This document shows positions 10,663 to 20,309 of a stretch of 64,000 nt of DNA, piece by piece; positions within the stretch are counted from its first letter, which is position 1; the number at the start of each line of letters is the position of its first letter. This stretch comes from an uncultured Candidatus Rokubacteria bacterium (GTDB lineage Bacteria; Methylomirabilota; Methylomirabilia; Rokubacteriales; CSP1-6): NCBI GenBank assembly GCA_963789955.1, contig CAWBMV010000001.1, positions 224,001-288,000 on the forward strand, read 5' to 3'. The position numbers were made by a program, and so were the translations under genes. The notes under the pieces are model-generated. The model ran no database searches, was not told the DNA's origin, and saw only the letters and a list, made by a program, of their open reading frames with translations.

Positions 10663-10964
10663 GCCACCGCGCGTTCGGCCCGGCGCTGAGCCCGGACGAG
10701 TACGTGGACGCCATGGTGCAGGTCGCGGCCCGCGACGCCTCCATCGGCCGCGTGCTGCGGGAGATCCTGAGCCTCGACGGCGCCGTCAGATCGAGCGCCC
10801 TCGATCTGGTCGCCGCGCACCTGCGCGTGCACTCCGCCGCCGGCGACGTGCTCGACTGCATCGACTTGCTCAAGCGCGACGCGATCGCCGAGCGCCTCAG
10901 CGAGCGTCTCGCCGCCGCGCGCACGCCCGATTCGGGCGGTCCGACGACCCCGCCACCCGTGTGA
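10659..10964 (+). CDS. Hypothetical protein
   Basis: GTGA overlaps on both sides within the operon; typical codon usage. Confidence 0.65.
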   Translation: MSHRAFGPALSPDEYVDAMVQVAARDASIGRVLREILSLDGAVRSSALDLVAAHLRVHSAAGDVLDCIDLLKRDAIAERLSERLAAARTPDSGGPTTPPPV

Positions 10965-11951
10965 GCTCCGCGTTCGCGTGGATCGCCGAGTGGGGCGTCT
11001 CGTTCGCCTCGCTGACCGGCGGCGTGCTCACCCTCTTCGTGTTCCGGCGCGGTCTGCCCAACGTCGCCTATATCGTCGGCTATCTGCTGCTGCTGTGGCT
11101 GCTCTTCGCGGTGCTGGTCGAGCTGCGCCAGCCGCTCGCCGAGTCGGGTCGCCGGTCGGGCCGGCTGGTCGTCACCGCGGCCGACTACACGATCCAGACG
11201 CTCTACCACGGCCTGCTCCTGTTCGTGCTGCCCGCGTACTGGGCGAGCACGACGTTGACCTCCCGCAACGTGGTCTTCCTCGGGCTCCTCGTCCTGCTCA
11301 CGCTTGCTGGCGACCTTCGATCCGTGGTATCGCGCGATCGTGCATCCGCGGCCCTGGCTCGGCTACGTGTTCTTCGTCGTCTCGATCTTCGCGGCGCTGA
11401 ACGTCGCGCTGCCGCTCGTCGGGCTGCCGCCGTTCTGGGCGCTCATGGCCAGCGCGTTCGCCGCCTCGCTCGCGATCACGCCGGTGGTCCGGCGCGCCGG
11501 CGACCGGACGTGGGTGGGGGCTCTGCGAGTGACGGTGGCGCTCGGCGTCGTTGCGGTGGCGCTGGCGGCGGTCGGACGCGCGTGGATCCCGCCCGCGCCG
11601 CTCTTCATGGCGCGCGCGGCGATCCTGTGGGATGTGCTCGACCTCGACAACGTCGAGGCGCTGCCGACGACGCTCTCGGCCGCCGAGGTGAAGGAGCGCG
11701 GGCTCGTGGCGTACACTGCGATCTACGCGCCGGCCGGCTTGCGCCAGTCGGTCAGCCACGTCTGGCGGCATCGGGGCCGCGTCATCGAGGTCGTCTCGCT
11801 GGCCCCGGTGCTCGGTGGACGCCGGGAGGGCTACCGCACCTATTCGCGCAAGACGTCGTTTCCCGAAGATTCGGAAGGGCGCTGGTCGGTGGACGTCGTG
11901 ACGGCCTCGGGCCAGCTGATCGGCCGGCTCAGGTTTCGAATCGTTCGATAA
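10961..11951 (+). CDS. DUF2914-family membrane protein (frameshift near 11305)
   Basis: N-terminal TM region in the 10961 frame; C-terminal YTAIYAP..H.W..GGR.EGYRTYS.K..G.W.VDV in the 11304 frame. Confidence 0.7.
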
Positions 11952-11980
11952 CGGTCGACGATCCGACGCGGAGGGATGCC

Positions 11981-12397
11981 ATGGCTGAGATGGTGCGAAC
12001 CGCCGACTACTTCTACGTGATGGTGCCGGACAAGCCGGGCGAGGGCGCCCGGATCCTCGGCGAGCTCAAGCGCGCGGGCGTCAACCTGGTGGCGTATTCG
12101 GGCTTCCCGAGCGGCCGAGGCGCTCAGCTCGATCTGGTCCCGACCGATCCGGCGGCGTTCAAGGCGCTGGCCAAAGAGAAGAAGTGGAAGGTCAAGGGCC
12201 CGAAGCGCACGTTCCTGATCGACGGCGACGATCGGCTCGGCGCCTGCGCCGACGTCCTGGGCCGGCTCGCGGCGGCGAAGATCAACGTGACGGCGATGGA
12301 CGCCGTCGCGCCGCCCGGCGGTGGCCGCTATGCCGCGATCCTGTGGGTGAAGGCGCGTGACGTGAAGAAGGCCGCCGCCGTCCTCGGAGCCAGTTGA
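11981..12397 (+). CDS. ACT-domain repeat protein
   Basis: RBS GGAGG; PDKPGEG..L..L..AGVNL and DD.LGA.ADVL..LA.AKINV. Confidence 0.75.
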   Translation: MAEMVRTADYFYVMVPDKPGEGARILGELKRAGVNLVAYSGFPSGRGAQLDLVPTDPAAFKALAKEKKWKVKGPKRTFLIDGDDRLGACADVLGRLAAAKINVTAMDAVAPPGGGRYAAILWVKARDVKKAAAVLGAS

Positions 12398-13170
12398 TCG
12401 CTCCCGATCTGTTCGACACGCACGCGCACCTGCATTTCCCGGAGTTCGCGGGCGATTTCGACGCCGTGCTCGAGCGCGCGCGCGCCGCGGGCGTGCGGCG
12501 CATTCTGACCATCGGAACCGACGTGCCGACCTCGCGCGCCGCGGCGGAGATGGCCGCGCGCCTGCCGGACGTCTGGGCGGCCGTCGGCATCCACCCGCAC
12601 GAGGCCGCGGAGGCGGACGACGCGGCGCTCGCCGAGATCGAGCGGCTGGCCGGCAGCGCCCGGGTCGTCGCGATCGGCGAGACCGGCCTCGATTTCTTTC
12701 GCAACCTGGCGCCGCGCGACGCCCAGGAGCGCGCGTTCCGCAGCCAGCTCGCGCTCGCGCGCCGAATCCGAAAGCCCGTGCTCGTCCATTGTCGTGACGC
12801 GCACGAAGACACGCTGCGCCTGATCGGCGAGGCGGACGTGCGGGAAGCCGGCGGGATCATGCACTGCTTCTCCGGCGACGTCGGGATCGCGCGCCGGTGT
12901 CTCGACCTCGGGCTGCTGGTCTCGCTCGCGGGGCCGGTGACGTATCCGAAGCCGGGCGCGCTGCCCGAAGTCGCCCGGTTCGTTCCCGGCGATCGCCTCG
13001 TCGTCGAGACCGACTGCCCGTTTCTGCCGCCGCAACCCTATCGCGGCAAGCGCAACGAGCCCGCCTATCTCGCGATCACGGCGGCGCGCGTCGCGGAGCT
13101 GCGCGGCGAGCCGCTCGCCGACCTGGCCGCGCGCATGTCCGAGAACGCTCAGGCGCTCCTGCGGCTGTGA
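12394..13170 (+). CDS. tatD: TatD family hydrolase
   Basis: DTHAHL, GIHPH, IGETGLD, HCR, HCFSG, ETDCP, RGKRNEP. Confidence 0.95.
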   Translation: MIAPDLFDTHAHLHFPEFAGDFDAVLERARAAGVRRILTIGTDVPTSRAAAEMAARLPDVWAAVGIHPHEAAEADDAALAEIERLAGSARVVAIGETGLDFFRNLAPRDAQERAFRSQLALARRIRKPVLVHCRDAHEDTLRLIGEADVREAGGIMHCFSGDVGIARRCLDLGLLVSLAGPVTYPKPGALPEVARFVPGDRLVVETDCPFLPPQPYRGKRNEPAYLAITAARVAELRGEPLADLAARMSENAQALLRL

Positions 13171-14106
13171 ATCGCGGCAGCCCGCTGCGCGACGTCGCCT
13201 TCTACCTGCGCGGACGACTCATCAAGCAGCTGACTCGGCTGGCCAGCGCGCGCGACCGAACCCCTCCGGTGGTGCCCGGCGCCGCTCGACGAGGTCATTC
13301 GCGGCGGGCGGGATCCGCTGGCGCTCTCGCGCCTGCTCGAGGGGAGATCGAACGCGGAGCGCGAGTCGGCGGTCGCGCGCTATCTCGGCGCCCGCGGGAT
13401 TCCGTTCGCCGTCCATCGCTTCGCGTCGAGCGAGGGCTCGGGCGACAACTTCGCCGTCGATCTCGGCGCGGGTGATCGCGTCCTCCTGCTCGCCGCGCAT
13501 CACGACGCGGTGGACGCGAGCCCGGGCGCCAACGACAACGCCGCGGCGGTCGGGATCTTGCTGAACCTGATCGAGCGCCTCGCGGCCTCGCCGCCGACGA
13601 AGCTCCGCCTGAGGTTTCTCTTCACCGCGGCGGAGGAGCGCGGCTATCTCGGCGCCCGCCACTACGCGCGCGAGATCGACGTCGCGGAGCTGGCCGGCGT
13701 CTTGAGCCTCGAGCTGTGCGGCATCGGCGATAGCGTGGTGATCTGGGACGCGCCGGACGCGACCCCGTTCCTCGACACGGTCAGCTCGATCCTCCGGAAC
13801 ATCGGCCTCGCGCGGGACGAGGGCCATCACGTCGTCGGCCGCATTCCCATGTTCGGCAGCGATCATCGCGCGTTCGCGCCGCTCGGGGTGCCGGCGTACG
13901 GGTTCACCCTGGTGCCCTCGGCGAACGCGGAGGCGCTGCGGCAGTTCGTGTTCAGCCCGGTGCGCAGCGCGATTCGTCACCTGATCCGGCGCCCGGTGCC
14001 GTTCGACACGTATCACACGCCGCGCGACCGGGGCAGCACCCTCGAGCCGCAGGCGCTGGCGCTCGCGCTGCGCGCGCTCGAGGCCGTTATTGCGGAAGTG
14101 GCGTAG
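13167..14106 (+). CDS. M28 family peptidase (frameshift near 13280)
   Basis: AHHD, PGANDNAAAV, AAEERG, SDH, YHTP.D; N-terminus in another frame. Confidence 0.8.
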
Positions 14107-14383
14107 GCGGAGTCGTCGCGAGACGGAAGAGCAGGCGCCGGCTCAGCGCGGCTTCACTGGCCGGGACGAGGACGACGACCTCGCCCTGACCGCCGACGCT
14201 GAACGGATAGACCGAGTGAGCCAGCCGTGATCGCAGCAGGGTCGGGATCCCCTGGCTCTCGAAGAGTCCTTTGAGGACCAGCGCTTCCGCCTGATCGCAC
14301 CGGCGCACCTCGACCAGGCCGCGTTCGCCCCCCGGGTCCCTGGGGAATTTCGGAAACGGGATGACCTTCCCGCGCATCGACAT
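14087..14383 (-). CDS. DUF2007 (putative signal-transducing) protein
   Basis: EA..LKGLFES.GIP...G.V.VLVP pattern; TATACT 7 nt upstream of the ATG. Confidence 0.75.
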   Translation of the reverse strand: MSMRGKVIPFPKFPRDPGGERGLVEVRRCDQAEALVLKGLFESQGIPTLLRSRLAHSVYPFSVGGQGEVVVLVPASEAALSRRLLFRLATTPPTPLPQ

Positions 14384-14492
14384 TGCAGTGAGTATAATCC
14401 AAGCCCGCGACCTGTCCACCAGCGCCGCCCACAGCCCGAAAATCGAGGAATTTCGGGGCGTCACGTCTGCCCTGTGCGGGGCTGTCCGATAG

Positions 14493-14515
14493 TGAACACG
14501 GACAAAACACGGACA
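14493..14515 (+). repeat. Arm-site-like repeat, copy 1
   Basis: TGAACACGGACAAAACACGGACA, with tandem CGGACA. Confidence 0.75.
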
Positions 14516-14930
14516 AGCGGGCCGCGCACGTCGGCTTGCCGAGAAACCCGTCGGGTGCTTCAGCACGCTTGCCCTGCGCGCTTCCTGCCGCATCTTCACG
14601 GCGATCGTCCGCGAGACGGAAGGGCAACGCCCAAAGCGGCCGTGCGTCGTTCTAGACGCTAACGCGGCCGGCGAGCGACGTTCTCCACTTGGAGGTACGC
14701 CGTGATGAAACCGGCTGCGCCGGGCTGCATTCAGGTGGATCGTTGAGGAACGACCCACGAGGCTACGGTGTCTCGGCTCGCTGGGCTGGATCTGGAGTAA
14801 GGTCCGACCCGCATCGGCGCAGAACGCGGACGGCCTACCGGACCCCCATGCGCTTGACCGGTGCGCGAGCGGGGTCAGCTACATCGTGACTGCGGCGGCG
14901 CGCGCCTTGAACGGCCGGCGAGAGTCGCGT

Positions 14931-15185
14931 CTAACGCAAGCGCCCAGCACCCCCGGCCAGTAGGAGATCACGAAGCTTCGCCACCTGTTCGGGCTCGAGG
15001 TCGATAATCGTTGTGAACCGGTCCAGCGGTCCGAGAACTTCGTCAGCCAGGCCCGCCGCTTCTGCTTGATCGCCTCGACACAGAATCACGAGCGCCTGAT
15101 GGCAGGTCTCCCAATTCGCTGTGATGGCCTCGAGACCCGTCGGTGGGGCGTCAAGGCTATAAGTCGTCCCTTGAATGCGATGCAT
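14931..15185 (-). CDS. Hypothetical protein (element cargo; start uncertain, possibly a remnant)
   Basis: Protein-like ORF MHRIQGTTYSLDAPP...DLLLAG; no recognisable family. Confidence 0.35.
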   Translation of the reverse strand: MHRIQGTTYSLDAPPTGLEAITANWETCHQALVILCRGDQAEAAGLADEVLGPLDRFTTIIDLEPEQVAKLRDLLLAGGAGRLR

Positions 15186-15529
15186 TGTGAGAGTGTTGGT
15201 GTTCGCGTTACGAGCTGTGCGTTGCGAGAGGGACATTCGTCGTTGGCTCCTTGCAGGTTGATCACCAAGGCCAACGTGCAAGTGCTATACCTCGAACGCG
15301 CCTAGCGCAAACGCAGCAGTTTCGGGTTCATCCGCCGCGGCTCGACTACGAGGCGTCAGATCGAGATCACTTGTGTTCGATTGATGAACGGAAGAGGGCA
15401 TCTTCCTTCGAGCACGTGGCGAGGGGGATCAACACCGAGCAACCGCACAAGTCGCTTGCGGCGCGATCCCTGCGGCAACGTCGTCAAGCCGGCCGATCTC
15501 GACTACGCTGACCGTGCGGAGGTGAAGTG

Positions 15530-15733
15530 ATGTTGAGTGAAGGCTACCAAGACGGGTTCCGCGACGGCTGGTCCGATCAACGCGACGGGCGGAAGCCGAG
15601 CACCGTGCCAACGAACGACTACTACGGCCAGGAGTACCGCCGTGGCTACGAAGAAGGCGCTCGCGCCTACGCGCAGCGCCTTGAAGGCCGCTCCGAACGC
15701 CGCTCCACTGCGTCCCGCGATGAGGTGGCGTGA
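15530..15733 (+). CDS. Small protein with GY..GF.DG / EYRRGYEEG repeats (RMF-like helical hairpin)
   Basis: Strong RBS GGAGGTG upstream; repeated Y-x-x-G-[FY]-x-x-G motif. Confidence 0.65.
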   Translation: MLSEGYQDGFRDGWSDQRDGRKPSTVPTNDYYGQEYRRGYEEGARAYAQRLEGRSERRSTASRDEVA

Positions 15734-15954
15734 TGTTCTCGTGCAAGCAGACCGCCATGGCGGGATGATAGCGCCGATGGGGTTCAGGCTCGCTTCACGC
15801 TGACTTTCTCGTAAGACCCCCACAGCTTTACCTCAGTGACGCCAGGCTGATTCACTCGCTGCACCCGTATGTGGGTGTTCTTGCCATCAGCGGCAGGCGC
15901 TCGGGGCGGCCGAGGCCTATCGTGCCCAGCGGCGGGCCGGCCGGGTGACACACC

Positions 15955-15977
15955 TGAACACGGACAAAAGGCGGACA
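15955..15977 (+). repeat. Arm-site-like repeat, copy 2
   Basis: TGAACACGGACAAAAGGCGGACA; the first 15 bp are identical to copy 1. Confidence 0.75.
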
Positions 15978-15998
15978 GCGAGGCGGGCGATCCGTTCG

Positions 15999-16011
15999 TA
16001 ACAAGCTGATT
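15999..16011 (-). promoter_or_regulatory. IHF-like binding site
   Basis: Minus strand AATCAGCTTGTTA versus consensus WATCAANNNNTTR, one mismatch; lies between the arm repeat and the core repeat. Confidence 0.45.
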
Positions 16012-16086
16012 TTGAATAGTTCAGAGCGCGACGGTCGATTCACAACGAGTATAATCCATGCGCATGGGGCCGCGCCCGTCCACGAC

Positions 16087-16986
16087 GTGAGCCGGGCGAG
16101 CGTCGGCGTCGTCGTCACGTGCCCGTGCGGCGAGGTGTACGAGCTACGGCCGGAGTACGCGGGCCGCCTCCTCGAGTGTCCCGCCTGCCGCCGGCAACTG
16201 CGCGCCGGCCCCCCGCCGAACACCCCGCGCCCGCCGACCCCCGGCGTCGACCGCGCCTTCGATCGCGACGTGTTCCTGTTGCGCCAGCGCGTGTTCACGA
16301 TCACGTCGAAGTACGAGATCTGGGCCCAGGACGGCACGCCGGTGCTCTACGTGGAGCGCCCGACCTATCCGATCCGTACGCTCGTGGCCTATCTGCTCGC
16401 GGTCATCGTGGTTCTGACGATCATGGGCGGCGCGGCCAGGGCCATGGCGCGGGATGACAGCGGGCTGATCGTCCTGCTCTCCGTGCCGGTGGCGGCGTTC
16501 ATCTTCCTGGTGATCTCGATGTCGCTGCGTCCGCGCCGCCACGTGACGATCTATCGCGACGAGTCGCGACAGGAGACCTTGCTCCGGGTGATCCAGGATC
16601 AGCGCGTCGCGTTTCTGACCAGGACCTATACGGTCGTGACGCCGACGGGTGAGACGCTCGCGCTGCTGCGAAAGACGTACCTGCACAACCTCATTCGCAA
16701 GCGCTGGTACGTCACGGGCTCCGGGGGCGAGGCCCTCGCGATGGCGATCGAGGACTCGATCGTGCTCTCGCTGCTCCGGCGGATCCTCGGCCCCTTCTTC
16801 GGATTCCTCCGGACGAACTTCGTGTTCGTCCGCGGCACGGACGCCGAGGTCTTCGGCGAGCTCAACCGCAAGTTCACCTTGCTGGATCGCTACGTGCTCG
16901 ATCTGTCGGCCGACACCGCGCGCGCGTTCGATCGGCGCGTGGCCGTGGCGCTCGGGATCATGCTCGACACCGGCGAGCGCCGCTGA
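16087..16986 (+). CDS. Zn-ribbon plus TM plus LURP-one/scramblase-like protein (start uncertain)
   Basis: CPCG...CPAC; FLLRQRVFTI..KYEI; DRYVLDL..D....DRR.A.ALG..LD. Confidence 0.7.
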   Translation: MSRASVGVVVTCPCGEVYELRPEYAGRLLECPACRRQLRAGPPPNTPRPPTPGVDRAFDRDVFLLRQRVFTITSKYEIWAQDGTPVLYVERPTYPIRTLVAYLLAVIVVLTIMGGAARAMARDDSGLIVLLSVPVAAFIFLVISMSLRPRRHVTIYRDESRQETLLRVIQDQRVAFLTRTYTVVTPTGETLALLRKTYLHNLIRKRWYVTGSGGEALAMAIEDSIVLSLLRRILGPFFGFLRTNFVFVRGTDAEVFGELNRKFTLLDRYVLDLSADTARAFDRRVAVALGIMLDTGERR

Positions 16987-16987
16987 C

Positions 16988-17731
16988 GTGAGCACCTTCC
17001 CGGAAGCGCCGCTACGCATTACGCCGGACATGTTGCTCTCGCGCCGTGTCGATTTCGAGCGGCGCATGAGTCGCGTGCCGCCGGTGACGCTCGCGACGCT
17101 CGCGCTGCTCGTGGTGATCTTCGTCGCCGAGGTCCGGATGGGGGCGCTCGAGTCGCGCGAGTCGATCATCGCGATGGGCGCGCTCGCGCGCGAGCGTGTC
17201 GCCGCCGGCGAGTACTGGCGTCTCCTGACGGCGCCGTGGCTCCACGGCGGCACCGAGCACCTGGTCGGCAACGGGATCGCGCTCTACATCCTCGGCATGG
17301 TGTGCGAGGCCGCGTTCGGCCCGGTCCAGTTCGTCGTGCTCTACGTGCTGAGCGGGCTGGCGGGCTCCATCGTGAGCGTGCTGGTGAGCGCGGGTCCGTC
17401 CGTCGGCGCCTCGGGCGCGATCTTCGGTCTGCAGGGCGCGGCGATCGTGCTCATGCGCCGCGAGCGCGAACGGCTGCTCGTGCGCGACCGGCGCGTCGGC
17501 TTCGTGCTCCTCATCTGGGCGATCTACACGATCGCCGGCGGCCTGACCGATCCGTTCATCGACAACGGCGCCCACATCGGCGGCGCGCTGGGCGGCGCGT
17601 TGCTCGCGAGCCGTCTTCATCCGGTCGTGCTCTCGCCGATGCCGGCCGAGCGCGCCGCGGCGGTGCGCCGCTGGCTCGGGCTCGTCGTCGCGCTCTTGGC
17701 GTACGCGGTCGTGGCCTGGGTCCGCCACTGA
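16988..17731 (+). CDS. Rhomboid family intramembrane serine protease
   Basis: WRLLTA..LH, HL..N, GASGAIFG, AHIGG. Confidence 0.92.
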   Translation: MSTFPEAPLRITPDMLLSRRVDFERRMSRVPPVTLATLALLVVIFVAEVRMGALESRESIIAMGALARERVAAGEYWRLLTAPWLHGGTEHLVGNGIALYILGMVCEAAFGPVQFVVLYVLSGLAGSIVSVLVSAGPSVGASGAIFGLQGAAIVLMRRERERLLVRDRRVGFVLLIWAIYTIAGGLTDPFIDNGAHIGGALGGALLASRLHPVVLSPMPAERAAAVRRWLGLVVALLAYAVVAWVRH

Positions 17732-17751
17732 CGTGCCGAGGCCGCTCCCGC

Positions 17752-18552
17752 CTACCGCCCGGCCTGGCGCGCTTGCAGCGCCGCCAACACGTTCCGCGCC
17801 ACGTCGCGCACGGTGTCGTCCTGATCGGCTAGCGCCGTCTGCGCCACGGCCTCAACCCGTGGATCGTTCCGGGGCAGTTGGGTCAGAGCCTCGGCTCGCA
17901 CCACCGGCGAGGCGTCGTGCTGGGCGCGGTCGAAGAGGATCTCGAGCGGAATGGTCAACGCGGAGGTCAGGATCGCCAGCCGGCCGCGGGGGTCAAAGTC
18001 GCCCAGACCAGCCGCCAGCACGCGATCCACGGGCACCTCGGGGCCTGACCGGCCGAGCGCCTCGATCGAGGCCACCCGCACCGCCGGATCCGCGTCGTGC
18101 AGCCCCTCCAGGAGGACCGCCACGTTGGTGGCGGCCGTCCGCGGGGAGCCGGCCGGCGGCCCCGTGATCCTCGCGGGAGTCGGGAACAGCCGTACCTCTT
18201 GCAGCACCGGGCGCGCCCGAAGGCCACCGTCCGCGGCCGGCCCGAACACTAGGACATGGTCACAGCCGGGTAGGAGTCGGGGGAGGGCAGCTTCGATCTC
18301 CACGTCCGCGATGTCCGCCGTGACGAGCGTTTCCAGTACTGCCGGCGACGCCGAGATGCGGATGCCCGTCAGCCGGGCGATCTCCCCCAGCACCCGGTCG
18401 GCCCGCATGGCCTCGACCTTCACGGTGACCCGCCCGTCCCCCGCAACGACGCGCTCGGCCCGGGCCTCGGCCCGGACCGGGTTCGAGCCCGGTCCCGCCA
18501 GGAGGGCGAGGACCGCCAGGCCGACCGCCAGTCCCCGCGCCGCCGCTATCAC
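17752..18552 (-). CDS. Exported protein with STN-like N-terminal domain and HEAT repeats
   Basis: Signal peptide; VTVKV....ADRVL.EIA..TGI; HEAT repeats DPAVR, SPVVR, DDTVR; GTGA-coupled to the upstream gene. Confidence 0.65.
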   Translation of the reverse strand: MIAAARGLAVGLAVLALLAGPGSNPVRAEARAERVVAGDGRVTVKVEAMRADRVLGEIARLTGIRISASPAVLETLVTADIADVEIEAALPRLLPGCDHVLVFGPAADGGLRARPVLQEVRLFPTPARITGPPAGSPRTAATNVAVLLEGLHDADPAVRVASIEALGRSGPEVPVDRVLAAGLGDFDPRGRLAILTSALTIPLEILFDRAQHDASPVVRAEALTQLPRNDPRVEAVAQTALADQDDTVRDVARNVLAALQARQAGR

Positions 18553-19541
18553 AGCTCGACCTGAACGTCGGAGGACCCGAACGGCGTCACGCTGATCGGC
18601 AGGCAGACGCCGAACTTGATGTTCAGGAAGGCCTGCCCCAGCCGCGGGCCCACGTAATGCCGCACGGCGTCCAGCTCGCCGGACGCGCTGTTTAGGCCGT
18701 CCTGCACAAGCCCGCCGTCGTCCTCTTTCGTCGCCACGATCGCCCCGCCGCTGCAGGAGAGTCGCAGATGCGCCCAGTACAGGACAGCGGTGTCGCCGCA
18801 GCCACCGTCGCCGAGCATCGGGTCGATGCACTTGAAGTCGATCCAGGCCGCGACCTTGATGCCAGTGCTGTCGAGTCGTGTAAGGCCCATGTCCGAGCGC
18901 CAGCTCAGCGAGTGAATGCTCACGACGTTGAAGTCGTACATCCCGGTCCCGACTGCGGTCGCCATTCGACTGCGGATCTCGTCGGCAGCCACGGTCACAG
19001 GGCGGAAACCGGCGGTCCACACCTGCCACGCGGTGTGGCTGCGGAGCGTGGTGCCGGGGATCAGGAGCGTCCGAGAGTCGTAGCTGTAGTACTCGTCGTC
19101 CAGCCACTGCTGGGAGGCCGAGAAGGCCCTGGCGTAGATCAGGTGCTCGTTGACAGACAGGCTCAGCTGGGTGAGACAGACGCCGTCCGAGCCCCCCTTG
19201 AAGATCTTGAGGTACTTGATGTCCGACAGCGTCGCCACGCCGGTCAGCAGGAGGTCGTAAGTGCGCTCGGAAGCCCGCTCGAAATCGTTCACCGGCGAGT
19301 CCATGACCGTGTAGTTGACGTCGTTGAGCGCAGCCAGGACCTTGTTGTCGGTGCCGGCCTCGGAGTAGTCGCAGACCTGCACGGAGAGTTGGACGCGCCA
19401 GACCGGCGTGTACCCGCCCGGTCCCGGCGGCTGCTGGCCCTTGGTGGGGAGGGTGAGGCCGGCAGCCTGGGCGAAGTCGAGCGCCCCCAGCATGGTCAGC
19501 AGCGCGAGGGTGAGGCCGAATCCGATGATGAGCCGTTTCAT
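18549..19541 (-). CDS. Secreted PLAT/LH2-domain protein
   Basis: Signal peptide MKRLIIG...AQA; AGTDNKV, NDFERAS..TY, DI..L.I.K.GSDG.CL..L.L.VN. Confidence 0.7.
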   Translation of the reverse strand: MKRLIIGFGLTLALLTMLGALDFAQAAGLTLPTKGQQPPGPGGYTPVWRVQLSVQVCDYSEAGTDNKVLAALNDVNYTVMDSPVNDFERASERTYDLLLTGVATLSDIKYLKIFKGGSDGVCLTQLSLSVNEHLIYARAFSASQQWLDDEYYSYDSRTLLIPGTTLRSHTAWQVWTAGFRPVTVAADEIRSRMATAVGTGMYDFNVVSIHSLSWRSDMGLTRLDSTGIKVAAWIDFKCIDPMLGDGGCGDTAVLYWAHLRLSCSGGAIVATKEDDGGLVQDGLNSASGELDAVRHYVGPRLGQAFLNIKFGVCLPISVTPFGSSDVQVEL

Positions 19542-19543
19542 TA

Positions 19544-19614
19544 TCGATTCTCCCAGGTGGTGCGCGTTCACTTGGCGGTTCACTGTCGATCCTCCCAGGT
19601 GATGCCCGTTCACT
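19544..19614. repeat. Imperfect direct repeat (29 bp, 42-bp period) spanning the RBS of the PLAT gene
   Basis: 19544-19572 versus 19586-19614, 3 mismatches. Confidence 0.75.
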
Positions 19615-19996
19615 GCCGGTAGGTGCTGGGAGCAACGGCGAGGCCAAGTCCGGAACGGTCGGACAGGCACCCATTGGTGGCGGCGAATCGCCGCGAAACG
19701 CACGCGGACTGCACTGTGCAACGTCCCTCGGGTGGGCGGCCGGGGGTGGCCGAGTTAAACGGGGGGACGGCCGGGCGAAACGCCGGGCGCCGGGCAGGGC
19801 GCCCGGGTCAGCGCGGGTCGGTTCAGAGCCGGCCCGCCATCCGCCTGCGCGCGAAATGGCGGTCGAGCCCCCGGTGCGGCGTCATCGCCGACAGCGCTCG
19901 AAAGGGCGGATCCCTATGGGGCGCCTACGCGGCTGCGATTAGGACTTCGCGACCCGTCCAAGGCTCACGCGCCGCAATAGGAATCGGTGCCGCCGC

Positions 19997-20075
19997 CGAG
20001 CCAGGTGCGCTCGCGCGCGAACGAACTGGGTCTTGAACGGCTTGGTCAGGTAGTCGGTGACATCTGCCGCGAAGC
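19997..20075 (-). repeat. Diverged duplicate of the 3' end of the MBL-REC gene
   Basis: 20032-20061 is identical to 20362-20391 (30 bp), with further partial identity on both sides. Confidence 0.85.
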
Positions 20076-20099
20076 GCCCAAGTGCGGCGTGGGCTCACC

Positions 20100-20309
20100 C
20101 CCATAGATCCCCGGCAGCTTGAAGTTGTATGCCTGCGCATAGGGCGGAATACCCTGGAGCAGGAGTTGTCCGATGTACGCGTACTCGCCCTCATCACGGT
20201 CGAGCGGCACGTCGAGCAGGCGGAGCCGAAGCGCGGCGGCTCCCACGACGGCCAGGCCAACTGCGGCCGCGGCGCCGAGGCCCACCCGCTTACTGACCGG
20301 GGTCGGCAT
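20100..20309 (-). pseudogene. 5' fragment of a GT-C (ArnT/PMT-like) glycosyltransferase
   Basis: TM followed by PLDRDEGEYAYIGQLLLQG.PPY...NFKLPGIY, then abrupt truncation. Confidence 0.7.

Larger units (their letters stand above)
14390..16058. mobile_element. Small non-autonomous integrative element or remnant with attL/attR-like ends
   Basis: 12-bp direct repeat GAGTATAATCCA at 14390-14401 and 16047-16058; internal repeat TGAACACGGACAAAA near each end; IHF-like site; visibly less GC-rich and gene-poor. Confidence 0.6.

Noticed and set aside
10961..12397. 478-aa membrane-ACT fusion
   Set aside because: Frameshift artefact; the ACT gene has its own RBS and ATG at 11981.
16040..16070. dif site
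   Set aside because: No recognisable XerD arm (TTATGTTAAAT).
18470..18500. tRNA T-loop-like GGTTCGAGCCC
   Set aside because: Lies within a coding region on the opposite strand and has no cloverleaf.
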